Assembly: GCA_963729895.1 (NCBI GenBank)
Contig: CAVSQB010000003.1
Location: 128,001-192,000, forward strand
Direction of reading: 5' to 3'
DNA: 64,000 nucleotides
Source of the DNA: an uncultured Fibrobacterota bacterium
GTDB lineage: Bacteria > Fibrobacterota > Chitinivibrionia > Chitinivibrionales > FEN-1185
A program made the position numbers and the translations under genes. Every line of letters starts with the position of its first letter. Position 1 is the first letter of the stretch. The notes beneath the pieces are model-generated. The model ran no database searches, was not told where the DNA came from, and saw nothing but the letters and a program-made list of their open reading frames with translations. Shown piece by piece: positions 11,093-21,413 of this stretch.

Positions 11093-14000
11093 CTAATTCT
11101 TCCTCGCTATCTCTCTTTTCCTCCACAGAAAATAAATCGCCGGATACACCAGTAACTCCATGAGCACCGACGTCACCACGCCGCCCACCATGGGCGCGGC
11201 GATGCGTTTCATCACGTCGGAGCCGGTCCCATTGCTCCACATGATCGGAAGTAAACCTGCGACGATCACCGATGCCGTCATGATCTTTGGCCGCACGCGG
11301 CGCGCCGCGCCGCTGTCGATTGCCCCCTTCAGACCGGAAATCGTCACGGCGCCAATGGTTCTTGCGCTCTCGTAGGCCTGATCGAGATACAGAAGCATAA
11401 CCACCCCGGTCTCGGAGCTCAGGCCCGCAAGCGCAATGACTCCCACCCATACGGCCACACTCATATTGTAGCCGAGAAGATACACGAACCAAATGGCGCC
11501 GACAAGCGAAAATGGAACGGCCAGGAGAATGATTGAGGTTTTGACAAGCGACTTCGTATTTAGGAATAGAATGATGAATATTATGAACAGCGTCATGGGA
11601 ATGACCATCACAAGCCGCTTCTGGCTGCGCTGCAGGTATTCGTACTCGCCGCTCCAGATGATGCTGTAGCCGGTGGGAAGCTTTACTTGCGCGGCAACCG
11701 CTTTTTGGGCTTGGCGAATATAGGTTCCCATGTCGGTCCCGCGCATGTCAACAAACACCCACACGTTGGGACGGCTGTCTTCGCTCCGGATGACCATGGG
11801 GCCCTTGTTTATCTCAAAGTCCGCAACCTGACCGAGCGGCACCTGCAAGCCGCCCATTGCTGACGGTTGGCCTCCCATACCGGCAGGTTGACCGCCGCCG
11901 CCTTTGCCTGTCACAAGCACTCGCTTGAGCTCCTCCACGTTGTCGCGCAATTCTCGGCTGTAGCGAAGGTTCACCGTGTAGCGTTCCAGGCCTTCGACGG
12001 TTGTGGTGATGCTCATGCCGCCGAGCGCAGTCTCGATGACCGACTGAATGTCCGAGATGTTGAGGCCATAGCGTCCGGCTTTGAACCGGTCGATCTTGAT
12101 ATCCAGGTAGTTGCCGCCCACGGCGCGTTCTGCAAAGGCCGAGGTGGTGTACGGGACCACACGCACGACAGACTCCACCTCCTTGCCCAGCATTTGCAGC
12201 GTGTCGAGGTTCGCCCCGGAGATCTTGATGCCCACCGGCGTTTTTATGCCGGTTGAGAGCATGTCGGTGCGCGTTTTGATCGGCATGGTCCAGGCGTTGG
12301 TAAGGCCGGGACATTTTATCGCATCGTCAAGCTGCTGCACGAGCTTCTCGCGGGTCATTCCTTTGGGCCACTCCCTTTCGGGCCTAAGCATGATGATGGT
12401 TTCCAGCATGTCCAGTCCAGCCGGATCCGTGGCGGTTTCCGCCCGTCCCGCCTTGCCGAACACACGCTTGACTTCAGGAAACGAGCTGATGATCTTGTCG
12501 GTTTGCTGCAGGATCTCCTTTGCGTTGGTTACAGAGACGCCTGGCATTGTTGTCGGCATGTACAAGAGGTCGCCTTCGTAAAGAGGCGGCATGAATTCCG
12601 AACCGAGTTTCATAAAGGGAAGGATGCTGATTGCGATGACAAGGACCGCGGCCGCAATGACCCATTTCGGATACCGCACGACAAACTTGACAATCGGATG
12701 ATAGAGCGAAATGAGAAACCGATTGATCGGATTTGCGTGCTCGGGCCGCATTTTCCCGCGCACGAAGAACCCCATCAGCACCGGCACAATAGTAACGGCG
12801 AGTATCGCCGCAGCGGCCATGGAATATGTTTTTGTAAAGGCAAGCGGCTTAAACAACCGTCCTTCCTGCGCCTCAAGCGTGAAGATCGGGATAAACGATA
12901 CCGTGATCACCAGCAGCGACCAGAACAGCGGCGGTCCCACCTCTTTCGAGGCCTGCATTATTACCTGCCAATGGGGTATTCGCGCCTCGGGCGGTTTCAC
13001 ATTTTCAGCCTCGAGGTGTTTATGAGCATTTTCAATCATGATGATTGCAGCATCCACCATTGCACCGATGGCTATCGCGATGCCGCCCAGCGACATGATG
13101 TTCGCATTGAGTCCCTGCATCCGCATGACGACAAAGGCCATGAGGATCGCCGTGGGCAGGGTGAATACCGCGACAAACGCGCTTCTCAGGTGAAAGAGAA
13201 ACAGTGCGCACACAAGCGCCACAATGACAATTTCCTCAAAGAGTTTGTCGCGCAGGTTCACAATGGCGCGCTCGATAAGTGACGCGCGATTATACGTAGG
13301 CACGATCTGCACGTCCGGCGGCATTCCGGCCTTGAGTACTTCGAGTTTCTTTTCCACCGCCTTGATGACCTTCCGGGCGTTCCCGCCGAACCGCATGACC
13401 ACGATGCCGCCCGCGACATCTCCCTTTCCGTCAAGATCGGCCAGCCCCCGCCGCATTTCGGGCCCGATTGCCACGTCCGCGACATCGCCGATCCGTACCG
13501 CAACTCCGCGCCCGAGGTCGGTCTTAACCGGAATATTCTTGATGTCGTCAATGGATTTAATGTAGCCCAGACCCCGGATCATGAACTCCATTTCCGCCAT
13601 CTCAATCACTTCTCCACCCACATCGCTATTGGCGTTTTTGATCGCCATTTCGATGTCACCCACCGGGATACCATATGCCTGCAGCTTCGCCGGGTCCACG
13701 GTCACCTGGTATTGCTTGACATACCCGCCGATGCTGGCCACCTCGGCAACGCCTTCAATGCTTGACAATCCGTACTTGAGGTACCAGTCCTGGAGAGACC
13801 TGAGTTCCTGAAGCGAGCGCGTGGGCGATGTGAGCGCATATTCGTAGACCCATCCGACGCCCGTGGCGTCCGGACCGAGCGCGGGCAACACTCCCGCAGG
13901 CAAACGTTTCTGTGCGTAATTCAGGTACTCAAGCACGCGGCTACGCGCCCAGTAGATGTCCGTGCCATCTTTGAAGATAACATACACGAGCGAATAGCCG

Positions 14001-14263
14001 AAAAACGAATACCCGCGCACCACTCGTGCACCGGGGACCGACAGCAGCGACGTGGTGAGCGGATAGGTCACTTGATCTTCAATTATGCGGGGCGATTGTC
14101 CCTCATATTCCGTGTAGACGATGACTTGCACGTCGCTCAAATCCGGGATCGCATCAACGGGTGTTGTGACAATCGACCAAATGCCCGCGCCGATGACAAA
14201 AATCGTGACCATGATCACGAGGAACTTGTTCTTAATCGACCATTCAATGAGTTTTTCGAGCAT
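11093..14263 (-). CDS. cusA: CusA/CzcA family heavy-metal efflux RND transporter
   Basis: DAIPDLSDVQVIV, LGPDATGVGW, GSEFMPPL.EGDLLYMPTT, TDPA.L.M.ET, RIAAPMVGG. Confidence 0.95.
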   Translation of the reverse strand: MLEKLIEWSIKNKFLVIMVTIFVIGAGIWSIVTTPVDAIPDLSDVQVIVYTEYEGQSPRIIEDQVTYPLTTSLLSVPGARVVRGYSFFGYSLVYVIFKDGTDIYWARSRVLEYLNYAQKRLPAGVLPALGPDATGVGWVYEYALTSPTRSLQELRSLQDWYLKYGLSSIEGVAEVASIGGYVKQYQVTVDPAKLQAYGIPVGDIEMAIKNANSDVGGEVIEMAEMEFMIRGLGYIKSIDDIKNIPVKTDLGRGVAVRIGDVADVAIGPEMRRGLADLDGKGDVAGGIVVMRFGGNARKVIKAVEKKLEVLKAGMPPDVQIVPTYNRASLIERAIVNLRDKLFEEIVIVALVCALFLFHLRSAFVAVFTLPTAILMAFVVMRMQGLNANIMSLGGIAIAIGAMVDAAIIMIENAHKHLEAENVKPPEARIPHWQVIMQASKEVGPPLFWSLLVITVSFIPIFTLEAQEGRLFKPLAFTKTYSMAAAAILAVTIVPVLMGFFVRGKMRPEHANPINRFLISLYHPIVKFVVRYPKWVIAAAVLVIAISILPFMKLGSEFMPPLYEGDLLYMPTTMPGVSVTNAKEILQQTDKIISSFPEVKRVFGKAGRAETATDPAGLDMLETIIMLRPEREWPKGMTREKLVQQLDDAIKCPGLTNAWTMPIKTRTDMLSTGIKTPVGIKISGANLDTLQMLGKEVESVVRVVPYTTSAFAERAVGGNYLDIKIDRFKAGRYGLNISDIQSVIETALGGMSITTTVEGLERYTVNLRYSRELRDNVEELKRVLVTGKGGGGQPAGMGGQPSAMGGLQVPLGQVADFEINKGPMVIRSEDSRPNVWVFVDMRGTDMGTYIRQAQKAVAAQVKLPTGYSIIWSGEYEYLQRSQKRLVMVIPMTLFIIFIILFLNTKSLVKTSIILLAVPFSLVGAIWFVYLLGYNMSVAVWVGVIALAGLSSETGVVMLLYLDQAYESARTIGAVTISGLKGAIDSGAARRVRPKIMTASVIVAGLLPIMWSNGTGSDVMKRIAAPMVGGVVTSVLMELLVYPAIYFLWRKREIARKN

Positions 14264-14284
14264 ATATTTCCCGCCTAACGGTTT

Positions 14285-15781
14285 TCACATCCCCGGCATA
14301 TTCATTTTTTGATTTTCTTGCGGCGCCTGTTTCTTCTCTTGACTCGAAGCATCTGTCTGCTTCTCAGGCACTGGCGAGGACATTCCCATGCCGCCCATCC
14401 GGCTTACCGCCTTCTTAAGGTTGCTTTCGGAGTCGATGAGAAACTGGGACGATGTGACGATGGTTTGCCCTTCCGTAAGTCCGGCCAGAACCTGGACAAA
14501 ACCGTTGGCGCTCATTCCGAGCGTCACTTCCTGGGGCTTGAAACAGCCATTGCCGAGCGAGACAATGACGATGTTCCGAGGCCCGGTATGGATAACGGCC
14601 TGCTGAGAGACGGAAAGCACGCTTTTCGAAAGGGGCGACTGTATGGTAACGTTCGCAAACATCTGCGGTTTGAGCAGCCTGTCCGGAGTGTTACGGATGG
14701 CGATCCGGACGGCCGCTGTTTTCGTGGATGCATCGAGCACCGGCGAAACGAATTGGACTTTCCCCGTGAATGTTCTGCCCGGTATGGACGACACCTCGGT
14801 CGTCGCCTCGGTCCCGAGCTTCACATAAGGCAGGTCCTCCTGATAGACATTGGCGATAGCCCACACCACCGAAAGGTCCGCCACTTTGTAAAGCGCCATG
14901 CCCGGCATGACGTTTTGCCCGGCCACGACCATCTTTTCCAATACCACGCCGCCGGACGGCGAATAGATGGTCATGTTCTTTTCCGGCGTATTGCGTTCCT
15001 CAAGCGCCGCAATCGCCTTGTCCGGAATGTCCCAGTTTAAGAGCCTGCGCTTGCCGCTTTCGACCAACTGTTCGGCGCCCTTTCTTGCGTCGGACGCCAC
15101 GCCCTCAGGCAGGCTTTTGAGATAACGAATGGCCTGCAGGTATTCCTCCTGCGCACTCACGAGGTCCGGACTGTAAATCGTGAGCAGCGGCTGACCTTTT
15201 TTTACCGCCTGGCCCGTATAATCGATAAAGAGTTTTTCAACCCATCCCATTATCTTCGTATTGACCACGCTGATTTCCGTCTCATTGAGATCGAGGGTTC
15301 CAGAAACGCGGATCTCCTTTTTCAAATCACGGGCAGTTACGGTCTCTGTTGCAACGCCCATGTTCTGCACGGTCGTAGGATCGATTTTCACCTCACCCGC
15401 TTCACCCCCGGCCTCGTCTGCGTATACCGGAACCATGTCCATGCCGTCAGGAGCCTTGCCGGGCTTGTCCGAGGTATGCGAAGGGTTCATGGCGTCGCGA
15501 TAGTAAAGGATCTTTCCTTCCTTCCTGCCTGCATCGCCTCCCGATGAGCCGGAAGCCCCGGCCGGCGCGTTGACCGGCACAAGTTTCATTCCGCAAATGG
15601 GACAACTCCCGGGTTTATCCGACAGATAATTCGGATGCATCGGACAATGGTAGATTTGTTTTTGAGCGGTCGCTTGCGCTTCATTCTTGGACTTTTGACA
15701 AGAGATAAGCGCCCCAGAAAGGCCGAAGGCGACCAGTCCTCCGGCAAGGATTACTGCCACGGTTCTTCCGGAACTGATCAT
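14285..15781 (-). CDS. cusB: CusB-type RND periplasmic adaptor with heavy-metal-binding domains
   Basis: Lipoprotein-like N-terminus, YHCPMHP..CPICGMKL, YYRDAMNP..GMDMVP, YSPDLVSAQEEY, QFLIDSESNL, Met-rich tail. Confidence 0.9.
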   Translation of the reverse strand: MISSGRTVAVILAGGLVAFGLSGALISCQKSKNEAQATAQKQIYHCPMHPNYLSDKPGSCPICGMKLVPVNAPAGASGSSGGDAGRKEGKILYYRDAMNPSHTSDKPGKAPDGMDMVPVYADEAGGEAGEVKIDPTTVQNMGVATETVTARDLKKEIRVSGTLDLNETEISVVNTKIMGWVEKLFIDYTGQAVKKGQPLLTIYSPDLVSAQEEYLQAIRYLKSLPEGVASDARKGAEQLVESGKRRLLNWDIPDKAIAALEERNTPEKNMTIYSPSGGVVLEKMVVAGQNVMPGMALYKVADLSVVWAIANVYQEDLPYVKLGTEATTEVSSIPGRTFTGKVQFVSPVLDASTKTAAVRIAIRNTPDRLLKPQMFANVTIQSPLSKSVLSVSQQAVIHTGPRNIVIVSLGNGCFKPQEVTLGMSANGFVQVLAGLTEGQTIVTSSQFLIDSESNLKKAVSRMGGMGMSSPVPEKQTDASSQEKKQAPQENQKMNMPGM

Positions 15782-17265
15782 TATCGACCTCCTTTGACCG
15801 ATTGGCCGATCTCCTCAATGGAAAGCCCAACCGCACGTTCGAGTTGGCTCTGACTATCGAGAAGGTTCATGACAGCCATGTGATACTCCAGCCTTGCCGT
15901 GACAAGCATTCGTTGAATGTCAATAAGCATGAGAAAGTCCTCTTTACCGGTTTTGTACCCTGCCATTGCGCTGACCAGGGTTTGTTGGGCCTGCGGGATG
16001 GTCGATTCCCTGCTGAGTTTCAGCCGATCCATGCTGCTTTCAACTTTCAGCAGTGCATCGTTGACTTCCGCGGCTATCACGTTTTTCATATTGTCGACCT
16101 CCCCCTGAGCCGTTTTGATGTTCGCATCGGCGCGAGTCGTTCCTGATGAATTCTTTCCAAAAGACCACGGCGCGATCGGAATGGTCGCCCCGATCATCAG
16201 GCTCCAATCGTCATTGGCCGCCGTCATTTGTTTATACATACCGCGCACCATAAAATCCGGCAAGTATTCCTTTCCTGCCGCCAGGCGTTCGGCCTGCTGC
16301 ATTTCAACGCCCAACGCCATCGATTTCAGCTCCGGCCGGTTTTTCTCGGCTACGGCCAGCAATGTATCCAACTCAAAGTCGGGCATTGCCGGATCGATTT
16401 CCGGGATGAAGCCTATATCGGTTGTCACCGGCCTGTTGGACAGTGCATTAAGCTTACCCTCCATCGATTTGCGCTGCTGTACGAGCACAATGCTGTCATT
16501 CCCAAGCGCCGACAGTTCCGTCTGCGCCCGGAGTATGTCGGATTGTTTGCCCATACCGAGCTCATACTGCTTTCGCGCGATGTCAACTAATTCGCGGACA
16601 AGCATCCTGGCTTCATGATTGATTTCCAGTTGACGGCATTTCAGGTACAAATCAAAATAGACGTTCTTCACATTGCGAACAATTTCCTGCTCAAGAGTCT
16701 GCCGGTCTGCGGTGAGCATTCCCGTTCGCTTTTGTTCTGCTTTTGCCATGGACCCGAGTTTTCCGGGGAACGGAAACATCTGCTGGATAGAGTAATCGTA
16801 CTCCATTTGATCCTTGAATGGATTCGGAAAAGACGAAATTGGAGCCTGATAGAACTCAACGGCAACTTGCGGCGGGTCGAGGCTTTTCGCGTAGCGTGCC
16901 GTGGCCTGTGCCGCATCAATCTTGTTTCCGGCTGCCCTGAGGCTTGGATTGTTTTTGACGGCTTCGTCAATGATCCCGTTCAACTGGGATTTCATGATCC
17001 GGTAATTGGCCGCAAACGTAACGCTCGTGCTGTCCTGCTGCGAAAAAACATTGGCAACCGGAAGAAAAATGAAGCAGCAGAGCGCGCACGTTGCCCACCC
17101 GGGAGATCTCCAAATCCGCGCCGAACTCACGAGGGGTTGTGTTGCCATCGGAACCGCATTCCTCCTGTTGGTCAAATGGATTCGAGCACCCGTATCAATT
17201 TCTTCTCGACCTTCTTGGGCAACCATTGACGCCTCCCTGACACACGGGGTTACTTTGTGCGGCAA
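15781..17265 (-). CDS. TolC/CusC family outer-membrane efflux protein (true start probably further downstream)
   Basis: NNPSLRAA, QMFPFPGKL, RPEL, YKTGKEDF motifs; abuts cusB. Confidence 0.85.
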   Translation of the reverse strand: MPHKVTPCVREASMVAQEGREEIDTGARIHLTNRRNAVPMATQPLVSSARIWRSPGWATCALCCFIFLPVANVFSQQDSTSVTFAANYRIMKSQLNGIIDEAVKNNPSLRAAGNKIDAAQATARYAKSLDPPQVAVEFYQAPISSFPNPFKDQMEYDYSIQQMFPFPGKLGSMAKAEQKRTGMLTADRQTLEQEIVRNVKNVYFDLYLKCRQLEINHEARMLVRELVDIARKQYELGMGKQSDILRAQTELSALGNDSIVLVQQRKSMEGKLNALSNRPVTTDIGFIPEIDPAMPDFELDTLLAVAEKNRPELKSMALGVEMQQAERLAAGKEYLPDFMVRGMYKQMTAANDDWSLMIGATIPIAPWSFGKNSSGTTRADANIKTAQGEVDNMKNVIAAEVNDALLKVESSMDRLKLSRESTIPQAQQTLVSAMAGYKTGKEDFLMLIDIQRMLVTARLEYHMAVMNLLDSQSQLERAVGLSIEEIGQSVKGGR

Positions 17266-17652
17266 CTATTTCTTTGGAATATCCTCCGCCGCCTCTCCGC
17301 GGCCGGCAAGGATCGTGAGATATTTTTCAGGGTCTTTCTTGAACGTTTCCGGACACCCGGAACAGCAGAAATACACCCGCTTGCCTTTGTAATCGACAAA
17401 AATGCTTGTGTCAATCGGGCTTCCCATCACGGGGCAGGTTTTCTGCGGCATGAGTTTTGGTTTTGAACGCTTCATCGCCGTTTTCGTTTGCACCCGGGCT
17501 TTGCCCGACACGGTCGTGGTGGAGTCGTGATGACGGCCCGTCATAGCCGCGTGGCTCTGTGAACCGGTGTCGGTCTGGGCGTTTACGATGCCGAAAATCC
17601 CGGCCGCCGAAATAAGCGCAAATGCCGCAATGACCATGGGCAAGAACTTCAT
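17266..17652 (-). CDS. Secreted YHS-domain protein
   Basis: Signal peptide; QKTCPVMG..YKGKRVYFCCSGC..F.KDPEKY. Confidence 0.85.
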   Translation of the reverse strand: MKFLPMVIAAFALISAAGIFGIVNAQTDTGSQSHAAMTGRHHDSTTTVSGKARVQTKTAMKRSKPKLMPQKTCPVMGSPIDTSIFVDYKGKRVYFCCSGCPETFKKDPEKYLTILAGRGEAAEDIPKK

Positions 17653-17801
17653 TGAGTCCGCCTTTCACCAAATTGTTGTATCGTGCCGATGCGTATTAGG
17701 AATAAAGGTATAACCTCGATCGGTCGGGTTTCGATCACGGAAGCAAGCAACGGTAACAGAGAATACGACCGTGACCGGTCTCAGCAACGCGCAGGATAAG
17801 G

Positions 17802-18257
17802 CTAGATTCTGAGGGGTATGGAACGGAAGGAACCCGGCGGGCTCGGATCGAAAATGCCTCCAACCGCGCGGAGGACGCCGGGGTGGTGCGCAAACGGCAA
17901 AGCAAATATCCCGGAGGCCGTGACGGGATGGAAAACGTAAAACGGCCCGTCACCGCCGAGAATATCGTTACTGTGCGAATGAGGAATGGGCCGTCTGTCC
18001 CGGCAATTGCACGTGCAGCCTTTCGAGGCGGATGTTGCCCGCCCCGGACCGGCCGCGGCGCGTTGGGCCGATGATATGCCCCTGGCTCGGCCGTTCTTCA
18101 TCCCGCACCTGCAAACTCCGCCCTTGCAGCATGCGCAACGGCACGACACCTGCACCGCCTGAACTTCCCCGCCGGCCTTGACGCCGGGCGAAGAGACGCT
18201 CACGCATACTACTGCTGCTAACGCGGTCAATGTGGAGAGCATGAGATTTCTTTCCAA
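17802..18257 (-). CDS. Cys-rich small protein heading the cus operon
   Basis: Hydrophobic N-terminus, CRCACC..CRC and CTCNC clusters, His residues, C-terminal PSPP..LRI. Confidence 0.55.
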   Translation of the reverse strand: MERNLMLSTLTALAAVVCVSVSSPGVKAGGEVQAVQVSCRCACCKGGVCRCGMKNGRARGISSAQRAAAGPGRATSASKGCTCNCRDRRPIPHSHSNDILGGDGPFYVFHPVTASGIFALPFAHHPGVLRAVGGIFDPSPPGSFRSIPLRI

Positions 18258-18302
18258 TTACAAGTATACACAATACGGGGGGATAATTGCAAATATTTGA
18301 TC

Positions 18303-18334
18303 AAGTTGAAAAGTTGAATAGTTGAAAAGTTCAG
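18303..18334. repeat. Octamer tandem repeat (AAGTTGAA)x4, degenerate
   Basis: aagttgaa aagttgaa tagttgaa aagttcag; same unit at 22421. Confidence 0.65.
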
Positions 18335-18391
18335 AGAAGATGCATTGATATTCTTTAGGAGGACTCCGGGTGGCGCAAAAATAAAACTCGA

Positions 18392-19306
18392 CTACTTGTG
18401 CGTTTTCTTCGGCTCCATATTTATCATTACGTCGGCGTCCGGAAACTGCCGCTCGATTTCCGCGGCGATGCGGTGTTGCAGGGAATGCGAAGCTTCCACC
18501 GACATTGTCGGGTCCACCCTAACGTGGAACTCCACAAACCGCTTTGAACCAGATTTGCGCCCGCGAAAGTTGTGACAGTCAACCACCTCCGGATAGTTGC
18601 GGGCCAGCAAGGTCTTTATCTCGTCTTCTTCCTGCTGCGGCAGATTGACGTCAAGCAGGTCTCGCACCGATTCGAGCGTAAGGTCCCACGCGGCCTTGAA
18701 AATGAGGAGCGCTACCGCAACGGCCGCCGCCGGATCGATCCAGGCCAGGTTCACGCCGGGAAACACGCGACTCCCCGCCCATACCGCCGCGAGGCCCAGA
18801 AGAACGCCGCCGGACGTGATCACGTCGGTGAGGGAATGCCAGGCGTCGGCCTTGAGAGCAAGGGAACCCGTTTTCCGGGCAGCAGCAAGGAGCACACAGC
18901 CGATGACGGTATTGACAATAGAGGAGACGAACATCACGGCCACGCCCCAGCCGGGCTCCCCAATGGCCGCCGGATGAACCAGCCTGCGTACCGCCTCATA
19001 CACGATCCAGAATGCCGCAAGGAAGATGAGAAACGCCTGGACCAGGCCCGACAGGTTCTCGAATTTTCCGTGGCCGAAAGCGTGATCCTTGTCCGCCGGT
19101 TCGGAAGACCTCCTGACGCCGAAGGTTGCAACCAGTGCCGCAAAAACGTCGACTCCGGAATGAAGCGCCTCGGAAACAACCGATATGGAGCCGATGGTGA
19201 ATCCCACCGCCAGCTTGAGCAGCACGAGAAGGAGGTTGGAGGCCACAGACAGCGCGGCGACGAAGACTTTGTAACGGTTGGTTTGCAAAAAATCCTCCGC
19301 ACACAA
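18392..19306 (-). CDS. Cation diffusion facilitator (FieF-like) transporter
   Basis: SEALHSGVD, PADKDHAFGHGKFE, ADAWHSLTD, C-terminal dimerisation domain RKSGSKRFVEFH. Confidence 0.92.
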   Translation of the reverse strand: MCAEDFLQTNRYKVFVAALSVASNLLLVLLKLAVGFTIGSISVVSEALHSGVDVFAALVATFGVRRSSEPADKDHAFGHGKFENLSGLVQAFLIFLAAFWIVYEAVRRLVHPAAIGEPGWGVAVMFVSSIVNTVIGCVLLAAARKTGSLALKADAWHSLTDVITSGGVLLGLAAVWAGSRVFPGVNLAWIDPAAAVAVALLIFKAAWDLTLESVRDLLDVNLPQQEEDEIKTLLARNYPEVVDCHNFRGRKSGSKRFVEFHVRVDPTMSVEASHSLQHRIAAEIERQFPDADVMINMEPKKTHK

Positions 19307-19548
19307 AAAAAGCCCCGCGGAACGTATCCATGTCCCACGGAGCTGTTTATCCGTTGCCGAACGTGCGGCCCGGCTACGCTGCGCAAGGCAGCCGCCTGAT
19401 CATTCAAGAAAACAATATAGCATTATGAAGAGCCGCAACGCAAACCGCATCGCCTGGTCGGGCGCATCCAAATCAAAAGGCGTCCCCGCCCTGTCGCGAA
19501 AACGCCCTCTTCTCTTAGATGTCAAGCGTCAACTGTCAACGTGTTTAG

Positions 19549-20295
19549 TCAAAACGACTTTCCCTCAACCATGTTACCGTCCTTGTACGTGGCTTCGCCC
19601 TGCTTTTTTCCATTCTCGGTCCACATGGTCTTTGTGCCGTCCAGCGCGCCGTCCTTGTATGTCATTTCGGTTTCCTTTTTGCCGTTCTCGTAGTACTCCG
19701 TTGCCGGACCGCTCAACACGTCGTTGGCATAGGTTTGTGCGTCCTTGAGATTGCCGTTTTCGTACCATTCCTGTTCGAGGCCGTTCTTGTTTCCCCCGGC
19801 ATAGGTGGTCATGCGTTTCTTGTTGCCGTTTGCAAACCATACCGTTTCGACTCCGTCCTTCTTGCCGTTCTTGAAGCTCATTTCGGAAGATTTCTTCCCG
19901 TCCGGAAAGTAGGCGGTTGCGGCGCCGAGCGGAGTGTCAAGCGCGTATGCCGCCTCGCTCTTGAGCTTGCCGTCCTCATACCACGACATGTCTTTCCCGT
20001 TCTTCTTCCCGTCTCTGTATGCGGTCTCTATGAAGCGCTTGCCGTTGGGATAATTGCCGATCATGACGCTGTCTGGTTTTCCCTTGCTGTAATGCGTGTC
20101 CGACTGAATGCTGCCGTCGGGAAAATAGTATACCGTTCTCACAACGTCCTTCTTGGCGCCCACCACCATGAAATAGTTCTCCTTTTTCTTGGCTCCGGTG
20201 GGATACTTGTCGGTCACCTCGGATCGCATCTCGGGCTTGGAGCATCCGGCAATTATCAGCGCACCGCAAACGGCAATCACCATGGTCCAACGCAT
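19549..20295 (-). CDS. MORN-variant repeat (YwqK-like) lipoprotein
   Basis: Lipobox IIAGC; ~24-aa repeats WYENG.LK.E..YKNGK..G. Confidence 0.85.
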   Translation of the reverse strand: MRWTMVIAVCGALIIAGCSKPEMRSEVTDKYPTGAKKKENYFMVVGAKKDVVRTVYYFPDGSIQSDTHYSKGKPDSVMIGNYPNGKRFIETAYRDGKKNGKDMSWYEDGKLKSEAAYALDTPLGAATAYFPDGKKSSEMSFKNGKKDGVETVWFANGNKKRMTTYAGGNKNGLEQEWYENGNLKDAQTYANDVLSGPATEYYENGKKETEMTYKDGALDGTKTMWTENGKKQGEATYKDGNMVEGKSF

Positions 20296-20518
20296 ACGCT
20301 CTCCTTTTCTGGAAGGTTCAACGCTGTCTTTTCAAGAAAATATATTTCCACACCTCAAATTGGAAATCCGGGCTTTTTTATTATTATGGCAGGATGCGGC
20401 ATCGTTGTCAACCTTTTTGCTCCCTTGCGACATTGCCGCTGTGGAGGAACAAAGGAGAAATTATATTTTCTATTGTTCACCGCAGCTCGTTCGCTCATCA
20501 GGAACATGGAATGGAACC

Positions 20519-21283
20519 ATGAAATTCCGCCCCTGCATAGATTTGCACGAAGGAAAAGTGAAGCAGATCGTGGGCAGCACGCTGTCCGACGCGAAGCCCG
20601 GCGGCCTTGTCACCAATTTCACCAGCGACCTCCCTGCCGCGCATTTCGCGGCCCTGTACAAACGCGACGGCCTCTGTGGTGGGCATGTGATTATGATGGG
20701 CCCGGGAAACGAGGACGCGGCTGCCGCGGCGCTTCAGGAGTTTCCCGGCGGATTTCACGTAGGCGGAGGCATCACGCCGGACAACGCCCGGCGCTTCATC
20801 GGCCAGGGCGCATCGCACGTGATCGTGACGTCATTCGTGTTCACGGACGGCCTGTTGTCCTGGCGGAACCTCGAATCAATGGTCGCGGCAGTGGGCAGGG
20901 AGCGGCTCGTGCTCGATCTCAGTTGCCTGCGCCGGGACAACGTCTACTACATAGCAACGGACCGCTGGCAGCGGCTGACGTCGGTCGCCGTGTCGAAAGA
21001 CACGCTCGAAAAGCTTGCCGGATATTGCGATGAATTCCTTGTCCATGCGGCTGACGTGGAGGGAAAACGCTCCGGCATCGACGGCGGTCTTGTGGCGCTG
21101 CTCGGCGCATCTTCACCCTTGCCCGTTACCTACGCGGGCGGCATCCGGTCGCTTGACGACCTCGAAAGCGTGCGTGTTCTTGGAAAAGGCCGCGTGGACG
21201 CAACGGTCGGCAGCGCGCTCGACATTTTCGGCGGAACGCTGCCCTATGCCGAGGTCGTGGCATGGCACGCGAGGCAACAATAG
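20519..21283 (+). CDS. hisA: ProFAR isomerase, eukaryotic/His6 type
   Basis: MKFRPCIDLHEGKVKQIVG, GGHVIM, VGGGIT, HVIVTS, LDLSC, EFLVHAADVEG, TYAGG, VGSALDIFGG; start at ATG 20519. Confidence 0.92.
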   Translation: MKFRPCIDLHEGKVKQIVGSTLSDAKPGGLVTNFTSDLPAAHFAALYKRDGLCGGHVIMMGPGNEDAAAAALQEFPGGFHVGGGITPDNARRFIGQGASHVIVTSFVFTDGLLSWRNLESMVAAVGRERLVLDLSCLRRDNVYYIATDRWQRLTSVAVSKDTLEKLAGYCDEFLVHAADVEGKRSGIDGGLVALLGASSPLPVTYAGGIRSLDDLESVRVLGKGRVDATVGSALDIFGGTLPYAEVVAWHARQQ

Positions 21284-21413
21284 TTTCTTTCGGGCACCCT
21301 CGCGACATTCCTGACCCTTATCCGCACCCTGATAATAAACTATTTTCATCACGCATAATCGGTGTTTTTCACCGTAGTCTTGTGCTTACCATCCTACTCA
21401 AGAAAGGGCATCC

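Noticed and set aside
19549..20295. Toxin-antitoxin system (YwqK label)
   Set aside because: Just a MORN-variant repeat lipoprotein with no adjacent toxin.
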